Shown in pieces: positions 47,172 through 59,321 of a stretch of DNA of 64,000 bases. Made by a program: the position numbers and the translations under genes. A model generated the notes under the pieces. The model ran no database searches, had not been told where the DNA came from, and was given only the letters and a program-made list of their open reading frames with translations. The stretch is from Trichosphaerium sp. ATCC 40318 (Eukaryota > Protista > Tubulinea). Every line of letters begins with the position of its first letter. The stretch's first letter is position 1. The stretch is taken from positions 708,880 to 772,879 of the forward strand of contig JALMLS010000420.1 of NCBI GenBank assembly GCA_038496445.1, in the 5' to 3' direction.

Positions 47172-50100
47172 ATGGCATCTAAAAACCTCAGTTCCGATGA
47201 TCTTGCGGCGTTAAAAAGACGGGAGCGTCGATTAGCCGGTATTTTGGACTATTTATGTCAGCAGGCACAGATCTAACACTCATTAGCCAAACGAGCGCGA
47301 CAAGCAAAAGAAGCCGAGGCTAAAAAGCAAAAACTAAAAAATGCACCTGTCAAGACGACCCGCATGATTTCTCCTCGTACTTATGCCAAATCAGCGGTAT
47401 GAATACGTACCGGAAATTTACTTCTAATACATTTCTAGCCAACAGTTGAAGGCACTGAAGATTTTTACGTCGGTAGGCGTGTATGGGTAGATGTACGCGC
47501 TGAGAAGCATTTCTAGGCACTTTGATTAAAGTTAAAGAAATTCAAAATCCTATTTTTAATTAAAACAGTAGCGGTCACTTCTGATACTACTAGGCACGCG
47601 AATCGTTTGTTCCAGGCGTAGTGTCACATATAGATGGAACAAGTGTCACTATAACGCCTGATGATGACTCAGACGCACGCACACGCTCGATTTAAGCCAC
47701 AGCTAATTATTTCGCCTTTATAGCCAATAACAGAAGACTACAATAGCGTATTTGTTAGAAATCCGCCTGTACTTGAGGGCACAAACGATTTAACTGCCTT
47801 GTCTTATCTTCACGAAGCCGCAGTGTTACATGGTATTAACGTGCGATACCAAAAGGATTGTATCTACACTCTTAGCGGCTCAATATTAATCGCTGTACGT
47901 TTTGCACTATTCTTAACAGTGATAAACGTCTAGAGCTTTGTTGACGTTGTTTGTAGGTTAATCCGTACAGAAGGCTTCCTCTTTATAGTTCAGATATTAT
48001 AGAAACGTATGCACAAGCTACAGAAGACACATCAGGTCAATTACCACCACATATTTATTCTATTGGAAATCAAGCCTACAAGAACATGAAAATAGAGGAT
48101 AAGAATCAAGTTATACTTGTTAGTGGTGAATCAGGCGCAGGTAACCTAATAAGACAGTTTAAATGTAAGGATGTCAAGCAATGACATTTATTTTAGGAAA
48201 AACTGAAACGACTAAATTTTTGCTTCAATTTTTTGCCGCTATGGGAACAGATGACCCTGAAACTAATATTGAAGATAAAGTACTTGGTAGTACACCTATC
48301 TTGGAATCTTTTGGTACCAGCAGTGTTTAACTGAAACATTCTAATCATGTGCTAAGGAAATGCTAAAACGTTGAGAAACGACAATTCTTCAAGGCATGAC
48401 AACAGTATTTTTTGCATTTCAATAACTTTGCCGTTTAGATTTGGTAAACTTATTGAAGTGCAGTTTGGAAGTAGCGGTAGTATATGCGGTGCTAACATAA
48501 CAACGTATTTGCTTGAGAAATCAAGGATTGTTACACAAGCCAAGGGAGAAAGAAGCTACCACATTTTCTATCAGGTAAGTTTTGTGTTTTGAAATTATCA
48601 TGTGTCTAACTTTGTTTATTTCAAAGCTCGTTAAAGGCCTAGAAGAACCTCTTCGAACTGAATTAAGCTTATCATATGATCCAAATGATTACTTTTATTT
48701 AAACCGAGGAGATTGTACAACTGTAGATAAAGTAGATGACGCTAAGGTGTTTGAAGAGACAAAAAAAGCGCTTGAAGTTGTAGGTATTACAGGATCAGAA
48801 CTAAACAGTGTATTCCGTATTATTGCCGCCATCCTGCATCTTGGTAATATAGAGTACGATAGACAGCATGTAAGAGTTTCTAATATCTTTCAGGTTTGTT
48901 TCTGGTGTTGATACAAGTGGTGAAGACGAAGATGAAGTAGCAGCGATGGTTTCTGATGAACCGTTACAAATTGCTTGTGATGCTCTTGGTGTTGACTTCG
49001 AAGGAGTTGCTATTTCACTTCTTTTTAAAGTACAACAATACCTTTCTGTTCAAATTATTTACCCTGGTAATTTTAGATGCTTAGAACAGGTATTGAGACA
49101 TTGAATACACCAAGAAGTCCTAGTGCTGCAAGTAAAGCACGTGACGCTTTAGCTTTGTTGATTTATTCTCGATTATTCGATTGGTAAAATGCTCCATAGT
49201 ATTTTGGTTTATGCTGACAATGCTTTCGTTCTATAGGCTTGTACAACGTATCAATGTTTCTATTGATAAACGGGATAAAATGGTCAATTTTATTGGTGTT
49301 TTGGATATCTACGGATTCGAGAGTTTTGCTGTAAATAGCTTTGAACAATTTTGTATTAATTACGCTAATGAGAAATTACAACAACAATTCAATCAAGTAC
49401 GCTTTTCTTTTTCACGTGATAAGGTATTTAACTGTTAACTGTATTTTTTAGCATATATTTAAAGTAGAGCAAGATGAGTATAAAAAAGAGAGTATATCTT
49501 GGGAGTACATTGAGTTTGCTGATAACAAAGTACAGTATTTTTTTAATGACATTGTAAGTTAAATTCTGATGATTATTAGTTTTGTATTGAGCTCATAGAA
49601 AAGCGTCTTGGTATTCTATCTATATTAGACGAAGAGTCAAAAGTAAGATCAGCTACTGACAAGCGATTTGCTGAGTACGTAGTTCGCACGAGCATATTGA
49701 TATTGGAACTAATATATTTTTTTCAACAGGAAACTATATAAACATAATGGACGTCATCCTTACTTTACAAAACCGCGAATGACTGATAACGAATTCGTTA
49801 TATCTCATTACGCTGGTAAAGTCACATACTTGGTAACTGAGTACGTATTAAAGCGAAAGATTCTAATGTATTTCAAGACCTTTTTTCTCTAAGGCTGTCT
49901 AGTTTTATTGTAAAGAACCGTGATTACATAATTGGGGAACAAATTGCAGAGCTCAAAGAGTCTACAGATGAATTCGTAGCAGATTTGATGGAATGGGATG
50001 TCGTAGATACAACAAATGCAAAATCTACATTTGTTTCTATTGCATCTCAATTTAAAGCATCGCTTGGCTCACTCATGGATACAATACATGAAACAACACC

Positions 50101-52127
50101 TCATTATGTTCGTTGTATAAAGCCAAACGAATGTAAGAAACCGTTGGTATTCGAGGGCAAGAAGACACTTCACCAGCTGAGGTACTTTTTAATACGTTTA
50201 CAAAGGCACTTAATCGATAATCAGGTGTGGAGGTATTCTTGAGTGTATTCGTATTTGTAAAGCTGGGTTCCCTACCAGACGCAAGTACAAGATTTTTTGG
50301 CAACGTTATAAGATGTTAGCACCTGCTGGATCAGTAAAACAACCAAAAGCTGGTAGTAGCGCAAACTATCAAGCAGTAGTCCGAAAATTAGTCACCTTGC
50401 TTGGCATAAGTACGTCCAACAAAGAAGTTTGTTGCCAATACTTAGTTTCCTGTTTTTCTTTCAGAGCCTGAGGAAGCACGTTGGGGTTCTACAAAGCTAT
50501 TCTTAAAGAGTGGATTATTGGGATCCATAGAAGATAGAAGAACACTAAGGTTAGGTGCAGCTGCACGTACTATACAACAATATTACAGGCGCTATCATTG
50601 CCGTAATGCATATTTAAAAATCCGATTTGCAACCATAAAAATTCAGTCAGGTACATTTTTTTTAAAGTATTGAGTAATCAAAGCGGTTAACTTATTTCTT
50701 TTCAAGTTGCACGTATGGTCGCTTCTAAAAAACTTGTACAAATAATTAGAGAGCAGTATCATGCTACAATGCTTCAGAAATATATTCGTGGATATAACGC
50801 TTCGACTGATTTTACTTCATCGAAAGATAGTGTTGTATTTTTACAATCACGTGCGTGCAAATGGTTTTTTTTACATAATTGTTCTGTTGTTTTCGCGATG
50901 TTGTTTTCGTACATGTATGTGTTTGTTAATATAAATAGAGATACGATGTACTATTGCTATGCTTATTTTAGAGTATAAACAACAGCAGTATCATGCTACA
51001 GTTATTCAAAAATATATACGTGGATGGCGTGAAAATTCAAGCCTTAAACGACTCTATAGAGGTGTTATTACAGCACAAACGCGGTGGCGTGGATTTCAAG
51101 CAAAGTACTTGTTTAACACATGGTTCATTGTACAAAACTAAGCCTTGTTTTTATAGAAAAGAGCTAAGAGCGTTGAGGGTCGAAGCTCGACAAATAGGCA
51201 ATATCATAGCTCAGAAAAGAGTCCTAGAATCACGTATTGCTGTTTTACAATCCAGTATAGCTCAAATAGAAGAAGAAAGAGATATGTATAAGCGCGAAGC
51301 AATGGAGAAAGTACGCACCAGCCCTTTTGTTGCTTTTGAGTATTTACCTGAGAAAAAAATAGGAAAAGCTTGTGTTGGAATGGAGAGATAAGTTTTGGAA
51401 ACTTCAAGGTTCTGATAGTAAGCGTAAAGCTGTATCAAAAGCACCTAGTAGAGGACTATCTCCAAGGGTAAATTATACAACACCAACAGCAAAACCTATC
51501 TTACTAGCTCCTGTTGATTCTCTTTCGCAACCACTTCAAAAGAACATTGTTATAAAGCAAACAAAAAAGAAACAATGGAAACAAGATACAAAAGAAGAAC
51601 GTGCAGCTAAAGCTGCACGTATAGCCAAAGCAGAAGAAGCACTAAGACTTGCTGAGAAGGAGAAACAAGAAATAGAAAAGTTAGAAAAGTTAACAATAGA
51701 GAACGATAAACAAGCTGCTGAGCATAAAGCAACTTTAGTTGAACATGAAAAGAAACTTGCAGAACATGAAGAGACAGTTGCCGAACATGAAAAATTAGTT
51801 GCCGAGTCTGTACAAAAGAGGCTAGAAGCTGAGGCTGAACAAGAAAAGTCTCTGAGTAAAGCATATGAAGCAGCACATGCTTGGAGGACTAAATATGAAC
51901 AGCTAGAAGAAACAACAGAAAAGTTGAGAGAAGTCAATCAAAAGTTGATGGACATGTCTCATAATCCGAAAGCAGGTAGTATTATGGAAGCTGAACTTGC
52001 TTCTGAATGGAAAGAAAAGTATGAGAAGCTTTTAGCTGTTACAAAATCAAAACCAGCTGGAATGGCTGGTTTTGTTAGTGGATATATTGAAGCTTTTGTT
52101 TGTAATATGAAATGTTCACTTACTTAA
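47172..52127 (+). CDS. Myosin heavy chain, class V/XI-like motor with SH3-like N-terminus, 4-5 IQ motifs and a coiled-coil tail
   Basis: [98 protein letters not shown] repeats. Confidence 0.96.
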
Positions 52128-52515
52128 ACCAAAACCCAAAAAAAAAATAGAAACCAAGTGCTTGTGATTGTACATTATTAAAAAAAAATAAAGCCAATAA
52201 TTATATATACACTACTGAACAATGCTTATGTTTATGGAGTAAAGAAGAAGGCACCAATGAAGAACAAGGTGATATTTTAGAAATGTGCTTGTTGTGTCTT
52301 TGTTAACATAAGTCCATTTTATCCTGTAGTTGCTCTTTCTGTTATGATGCTAATATAAAGCAAAGCGTGGTTTTATTGAGGTTTGGACAATTACAAAAGG
52401 TACAAGTAGATAACAAATATTGTGGTCGATAGTGTTCAGCGAAAGGTCCAAGGATATCTTCAGTGAATATTAAGTACGTAACTTAACACTTTCTTATTTC
52501 ATAAGTAAAAGTCTT

Positions 52516-53414
52516 CTAATGAGGAGCGTTCATAGCCATATGCATTCCCTTATCCCATTTTTTTGGGCAAGGTGTTATCTTGAATTTTGTTTTCTGTTGT
52601 AGCTCATGTCGGTACATACGAATACCGAACATTGTATCTGTAGTAGTGTACAAACATCCATGAGCATATACCATTTGATCAAAACCACCACGTATCCATA
52701 GCTTTTTATAAAAGCGACAAAACTTGGTTACTACTAAAACATAACACCATTTACCCATTGAAAAGAAAATAAGACCACACTCGCCAGCACATGCTGAATC
52801 TAACTTTGAACCAGTAGGAGCTGTGAAGAATATTTCGTTTGTCGTATCATCAATGATATTCTGTCCTTCAATGTGGACAGAAGTCCATGCTGGAGGGACA
52901 ACTTGAGCTGTTATTTTTAAAATCTTTGATTTGTTTTTGATAGTTGTGGTGTGACATTTGATTGTGTTGTTGAAAATACTATCATAGACAGTGAACTTAG
53001 TTGAAGTTAGAAATGGATATAAGTATATCATGCTTACTATGTGGGTATCTGGATGATCATAGATGTACATAATCAATATACTGGATCCGAACTTTAAGTT
53101 TAAGCTCTCAACAGACTAGTAAGGCATTAGACATACTGTAAAAAAGTAAACAAAAATCGCACATAGCCACGTGGCTATTTTTGACGTGCGGAAAGAGCAA
53201 TCGCCTTTCAACAAAAAATAAAAAGACGTTTCCCAACATTGTTTGGGAATAAAAACACCCGCCTTCGTTGTACCTTTATTTCTGGCATATCTTCTTGGAT
53301 ATATTGTCTTAAAGTACTACAAGTGGCACGAATACGTATTTTAATATCGCAAGAAGCCATCTGTAGCGCTTTGTATATCATTTCTGGCGGTAAATCAAGA
53401 AGAAGACAGGCCAT
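52516..53414 (-). CDS. F-box protein with beta-rich C-terminal domain (one intron)
   Basis: LLDLPPEMIYKAL...IRIRATCSTL F-box; second exon contains ORF 52516-53076. Confidence 0.65.
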
Positions 53415-54125
53415 TGATAATTCTTGCGTATGATTGGGTGTTAGTGGTTATGATCAAAAGGTATTTATAAATCTAATAAAAGAAGATTTATGGTAAACTT
53501 AATATGTGAAAATAGCGAAGCGGTTTTGACTTACGGTAAAATAAATACCTTTCTTCATGTTGGCGTAACGACTACCGCGGGAAAATGTAGTGTTATTATC
53601 ACTTACAAAATCTAGTCAGCCATACACTGAATAAATGCACTTGAAACCAAATGAACTAAAGAACCATCACTACTGCCAAAGCTTGCTACCAGAGCAACCT
53701 TTGATGGTTATTTAGCCGTTTTCTAATAATAATAGTTTTAGGCAGGCAAATCCACAGATTTTGCCGAAACTTTCAAAAATTCTTATTCCAAACACTCATA
53801 GTTTTGATTTACATTGTAACAATTGTGACGTTTGAACCTGTGTTTGATGTATTCGATATGAGTGCTACTTCTGGACTATTTACAAAGTTTAAAAAAAGAT
53901 CTCCATCTTTAGAAACTACATCGTAGATGCAAGAAGATCATTAATGGAACTAGATTTGTGAGTTTGACAGCAATATGAAAAACTTATCTAGCCTTCAACT
54001 AGGTTTTTAAAGAATAGACTTCAAGGAAGTTCTTCACTACAATGCTACTAATAGATTAGTTTATGTAATCCAACCAGGTAAAACTAGGTAAACAGAGCGT
54101 TAATAAAGCTATACATTTTTTTATT

Positions 54126-54718
54126 TTACAAGTACTCTTCTCTGAAGTCAAATTCTTCGCTACTACTTGACATGTGTACATTGTCTGTTATCTTCTTTCT
54201 TGCTATCAATCTTTTGAGGTCTTCATTGCTCACATCACAATCTGGAGCATATACCATCTTGACACGAAGTGCTTCATTGCCACGTTTATACTTGTTCCGA
54301 AGAGGAATATCAAAAGTTCCTGTGAACACACTGTTCATATCTCCAAACTCATCCAAGTGTATCACAGCCTTACCAATAGTTTTCTTAACACCAGAAAGTC
54401 GCTTTTTTAATTTAAAATCAACAAACATAAGCTCCGTAGTACTAGAAACAACTTTGATTGGGCTCGGCATCTGCTTTGCTGATGTGTTCAGCACACGTTT
54501 TTTACGACGCCTGGTATCAGCAGAGGACCGCAGTTTTACTTCCAAGATACAATCGGGAGCTGTGTTTGTGTCTTCGACGCTAATACTTAGTGCGCCCTCT
54601 AGTATAGCCATGTTTTGAGTCTTCCTTTGCGCGCTGTCCACAAGATCTCGAAGTACTACATGCTGTTGGTACAATACTTAATTTTTTTGCCTGCTAACGT
54701 ACGTTCCCTTCTTGCCAT
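54126..54718 (-). CDS. Small divergent C2-domain-like protein, copy 2 (one intron)
   Basis: MARRE|LLRDLVDSA...; same intron position as 26413-27020 and long identical stretches (RSSADTRRRKKRVLNTS; FGDMNSVFTGTFDIPLRNKYK). Confidence 0.75.
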
Positions 54719-56002
54719 TTTATAATCACGTGGTTGTGGTGCGATGCTCCCTTTATTTATCTGGTCTGAAATTTATGCACAACAGTATTGTTGTAGTTTT
54801 GTAAAAGCGTTTGTGATCGCAGTCAAACTTGTTGTTATATAGAACCTGGCATGTAGATAATACGTAACCACGTAACAATTTGGTAAAATACTACAAGTTT
54901 AAAACTCATGTGCGTACTTAATACTACGACTTGGTAGGTACTGCAAGTGCGCTTATAAGGATATCACAGACAGAAAACCCCGAACAGTAATTAATTAATT
55001 ACTGTTAGGAATGTGCTACAATAAAACTACAAATAGTTCGCTACCAGATTGAGGACAGCTTTCCAAATTACCATGTTTTACCTGGATCATACGAATTGTA
55101 CTGGCTTTATGATCATACCTTAGAAATTTCGCTGAAGTCAACCTTTAAGAAACCTGTTGAAAAAGTTAACATGGCTTTATTAATTACAATGTTGTCAACA
55201 TGCAAATTTAGTCCATGGCAATAAAGTTTGTAATTACATCTGAAGTAAGGTATGAACAATATTCACTTCCAAACATCTCTGTTTGCATAGACAAAACCAT
55301 CTCCTTAAAAGTCGCCCACGTTGTTTTTTGCAGAAAAAAATGCCGTTTCGTGATGTTGTTTCGTTTACACGTGATAAGCATAGCGTACAAGTTTATAATT
55401 TGCCAGATTCATAGGCACCTTGTCGCTGTCTTATAATCTCTGAATCTGATAATATAGTGACCACACTGACAGCCTTCTTACAATACACGTAAGAAAGCTG
55501 TAATGAGCGTTAACACTATGACTATCAGAATGAATACAGACCCTGATAAAGAGTAAAGTATTGGGGTTGTAAAAAGTAACTAATTCTTCTCAATCAGGCG
55601 AAATTTATTTGTAGCAAAAGATTGTATCGAAATGAAAAGTATGCTTGAAGAATCCACTAGGCATAATATGCGAGTAAATTCACCAACGAGAATTCAATGA
55701 CAATACCAACAGTACAACAACACGCAACAGCTTACAAGTGTCTTGCTACACCTTTTAAAGACCGAAGTGCTAACATGAAAAAGACGTTGTTCAAGTGATA
55801 GCTGTCAAAGTTTATAGCGTACCCACAAAGGACTTAGTCTCTTTTTAAAGTTAATTTGGCAAAACGCAGCAATCTGAGGCATTCTCTTGTTAGAGGTATA
55901 TAGTTTTTCAGAAGATATGTTTCAGAAAATGTGGTACCGAAAATAAATAAGGTAGACTCCACTGGCTTTGTTTTAACCAACTTTAAATATTTCGTATATT
56001 TA

Positions 56003-56785
56003 TTACAATGAGCAAGCCCATGCTACAGCGTCAACATTTACAGCAAAGTCAAAAGAATTAAGCTCTATGTGTGACACCTCATCGGTACATTCCCATTTCC
56101 ACGCAACACAATGTCTTTCGTATAGTACACGGCGTACTTCTTGGTTTACTTCCCACCAACGCGATTTTTCAGATTCTTTTAATGTAAAACGCCATGAAAG
56201 GCCTTTCTTGCGCGTATCAAGCATGTTAACCCACCTAGAAAGCAAAAGTAAGCACATCAACATTCTTTTTTTGGTTCAGAGTCTAAACAGACGAAAAGTC
56301 GATCTTTTTTTTTTAATGTATAACATACCTAGACATTGACCTATACGTGCTGTAATCGTTTATTGGTCTCTTAGTTTTCTCAGAGCAGAATATAGCTACT
56401 GAAAGCATGAATGAGTCATGGTTACTACCAAGCGTAAGTATAACACGTGTAACAATCAAGGTAAAAAACAAATGACCCCAATCTAATTTTTTAGCACGCA
56501 CATAACTTTATAAAAACTTCCTTCCTGATCATCCGCAGGTATAACACCTAGCTTTAGAGATATTGTCATAGCCAAGGCATATAATACAGGTCTTGTTGAT
56601 TTACCGAAGACTTTCTGTAACATAGGGTCATAGTCTAAAGAGAAGAGCGAGAACGGATCCTTTATGAAAAAATTAGAACAAAAAAATTGCCTGTAAATAA
56701 AATGGGTTCTATTATTTTTCTGCTCTTTGTAAACATCGTACCGCGCTCTCATTACTTCTTTGTCCATTGTCGTCTTTGTTACCAT
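56003..56785 (-). CDS. Hypothetical protein of about 185 aa (3 introns)
   Basis: ORFs 56483-56785, 56313-56501 and 56003-56263 join in frame through GT-AG introns (RAR|QFFC; KVI|NHDS; MSR|WVNM). Confidence 0.55.
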
Positions 56786-58619
56786 TCAGAGCGAAGCTCA
56801 CTTCTTTGTAACTGGGTACGCCAATGTTATTATTGTTTAGGACTGTACAAAACTTTGGGGTGACTGGTATCATGTGATCAATGCAGATTTTCTTAGTGAA
56901 CTCTTTGCTGTTGGCGAAACTGATAGAATTGCCTGTGAAATGATTGCGCAATGTGAACTTGAACTGAGCGCATCATGAATTAGTTTGACATGACGCGTCA
57001 TCGTCATGTGAATTTAAGACGTTATCACGTGCCTAAGCCTTTTTTTGTACACGGTGAGCGGTTTGTTTTATTTTTGTTTTCACCTCTTTTCGTGGTGCGA
57101 AGGAGGTTCCGTGGAGGTTAATACTCGTATGTGGGCGAACTAGAAGTGGTTTTAGCAAAAAGTTGTTCTTTTAATTTCCTTCTTTATAATAATACGTGCC
57201 GTAGTAAGCAGCAAAGTTTGGGTGTTGATTTATCCGGTTGCTACTAGTAGAGGTAATAGAAACAAGAAAGGCAATGTAGATCCATGTTGTGAGTGTATGA
57301 GCCGCGTTGGTGGGAAGTAAACCAAGAGCGAAAAGTAAAACTACTTGCGCTAGTATTGCAAGGATTTAATCATACAAAGCGCCTGACTGGAGAATCACCT
57401 TGCTTCCCTGTAGTAGAACATTAGAAAGGGCTCGTCGCAAACCCTAAAGTTGCTACTATACCTTGTTGCAATACCTGTGAGGAGGGAGAGTAACGGTGGC
57501 AATATTGATATTTAGCTAAGAATTTGATGTTAAAGCAGATCCAAATTGTCAACACTCGTCAGTCGCGGTCTACTAACCGTGCGGTCCACCAACCGTACGG
57601 CGCTTTGAATAGCTCTTGTACCAAGGAGTACCGAATAAGCTTCAATAACAACAAACGCAGGTATGGTAGTGACTGTAGTGTTTAGTGCTAGGTGGCTAAT
57701 GAGTGCTACCCGCTTTTGTTTCGGTAACACTAAGCTATTTTGCTTCATGGTTTCACTAGCACAGGTCTTTCTACGCGTCATGTGCCAACATTACAAGTAC
57801 CGGTTGAAAAGGATTGTTTATAATCACGTGATGTTGAATAGTTTTTTTAGAATTATTTTAATGTCACTTGTTAAGTTTTGGCTGATATTAGGTGCCTAAG
57901 GAGTTTAATAAGAGATGATGTATACTACGGGATTTGTCTGCGGACACTTATCGAAACGTTTTTTTATAAAACTCCGTTACAAGTACCGAAAACGCGTCTG
58001 CCAAATCATCGGCTTGTAAGCTTGAATATTCAACAAGAACGCCATTGTAATGGCATTGTAGAACACAACCTAGAACAATTTGGGACTATGTTGCTACACA
58101 GACTGCCTGTTTTTGGGAATCACTACATTCTTGTGTTGACGGAAAATATTACTTTATTTAGTGCACAACACAGACGTACAAAATAAACTCCTCGCCATTT
58201 GATTACAGCATAAGTAGCAACGTGTATAAGCAGAGCCACATCATCAATATTATACTTATATTGTCTACTGGCTACCAAACAGTCATTTCCATCATTCCAA
58301 AAATAGTTTTTTTACATGTATTCTCCATCTGCACCTATAGTCTTCTAAAGCTACAGACAAAAATTTAGGAGCTAAGGCCTAGTGGCCACAATTACGTTTA
58401 CGTTAGAACATCTAGGTTTCTTGAATATAATTGTCTCCGCCTTGACGCGAAATGGATCCATACTATGCAACGTTCAGTATTATTACAGTTTGGCAGCTAG
58501 CTAACAATTCATTTACAGAATAAACTTATGTACACCTTCTATTAACGCATTTATTGATTGTTTCGAATGTTACTGTAAGGTCTGGGTTTGGTTCAGTAAG
58601 AAATTTACTGAAGGTAGAA

Positions 58620-59170
58620 CGGAAACCTGATGGATCTTCATTCTGGTCTACTACAAGAAACGTAAGGCAACAAAACTAACAGTATACCAAGTTTAAATTT
58701 AATACTTCCTGGTGGCTTTGTGATTGTAAAGCGTCTCACAATACTAATCATTGTAACGAATTCTGTTGTTGCAAGGTTCTGACCAATAGCACAGTTTCTT
58801 GGACCACTGAATGGAACCAAGAAAAAGAGCTTGCACCTGTTGTAGTAAATCTATCTGGATTGAAGGTATTTGAGTATTGCCTGTGAGTTAACAGTAACTA
58901 AAACCTCAAACAATATACCGCATACCATAATTCTGGGTCACGCATAACAAAGAATTTTGTCAGAAGGACATTTTGGCCTGCCTTTTGATTTGTATTTATA
59001 AAATGGTTTGATGGATCAAGGTGGGTCCTCTAAAGTGTAGCTGTACGTCATAGATAGGTCTTGTTTTTAAATACGAACCAGGAAATTATTCGAAGGACAA
59101 AGACATCAAGTGCAAAAAAAGAAAGGCTTACTCAATACCTTGGAACGTCTGGTTAGACAACTGACACTAG
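58620..59170 (-). pseudogene. Cytochrome P450 3' remnant
   Basis: MRDPELW, FNPDRF and a damaged heme motif PFSGPRNCAIGQNLA (vs FxxGxRxCxG); frameshifts and stops, no 5' half. Confidence 0.75.
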
Positions 59171-59321
59171 TTGCAAAGGCACTTTGACTCCAGCTTGACA
59201 ACACAATAGACAGTTGTTAAGCTCGCTCACTAAACTCAGTGTACCCGAAATAACATCTTGAAATTATGGGTTTAAGTTAACCAGCAAAAGTGGATCCATC
59301 TTTCCTAAATCAAACATAAAC

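Noticed and set aside
51536-51937. Ser/Cys/Phe-rich minus-strand ORFs
   Set aside because: Antisense of the Glu/Lys-rich myosin coiled coil
26413-54718. Inverted paralogues as terminal inverted repeats of a 28-kb mobile element (Polinton-like)
   Set aside because: The copies are diverged genes, the interior holds housekeeping genes (MLH3, myosin), and I saw no integrase, polB or capsid
57366-57781. Possible three-exon minus-strand micro-gene of about 90 aa
   Set aside because: It can be spliced in frame but has no motif or homology support; too weak to list as a feature
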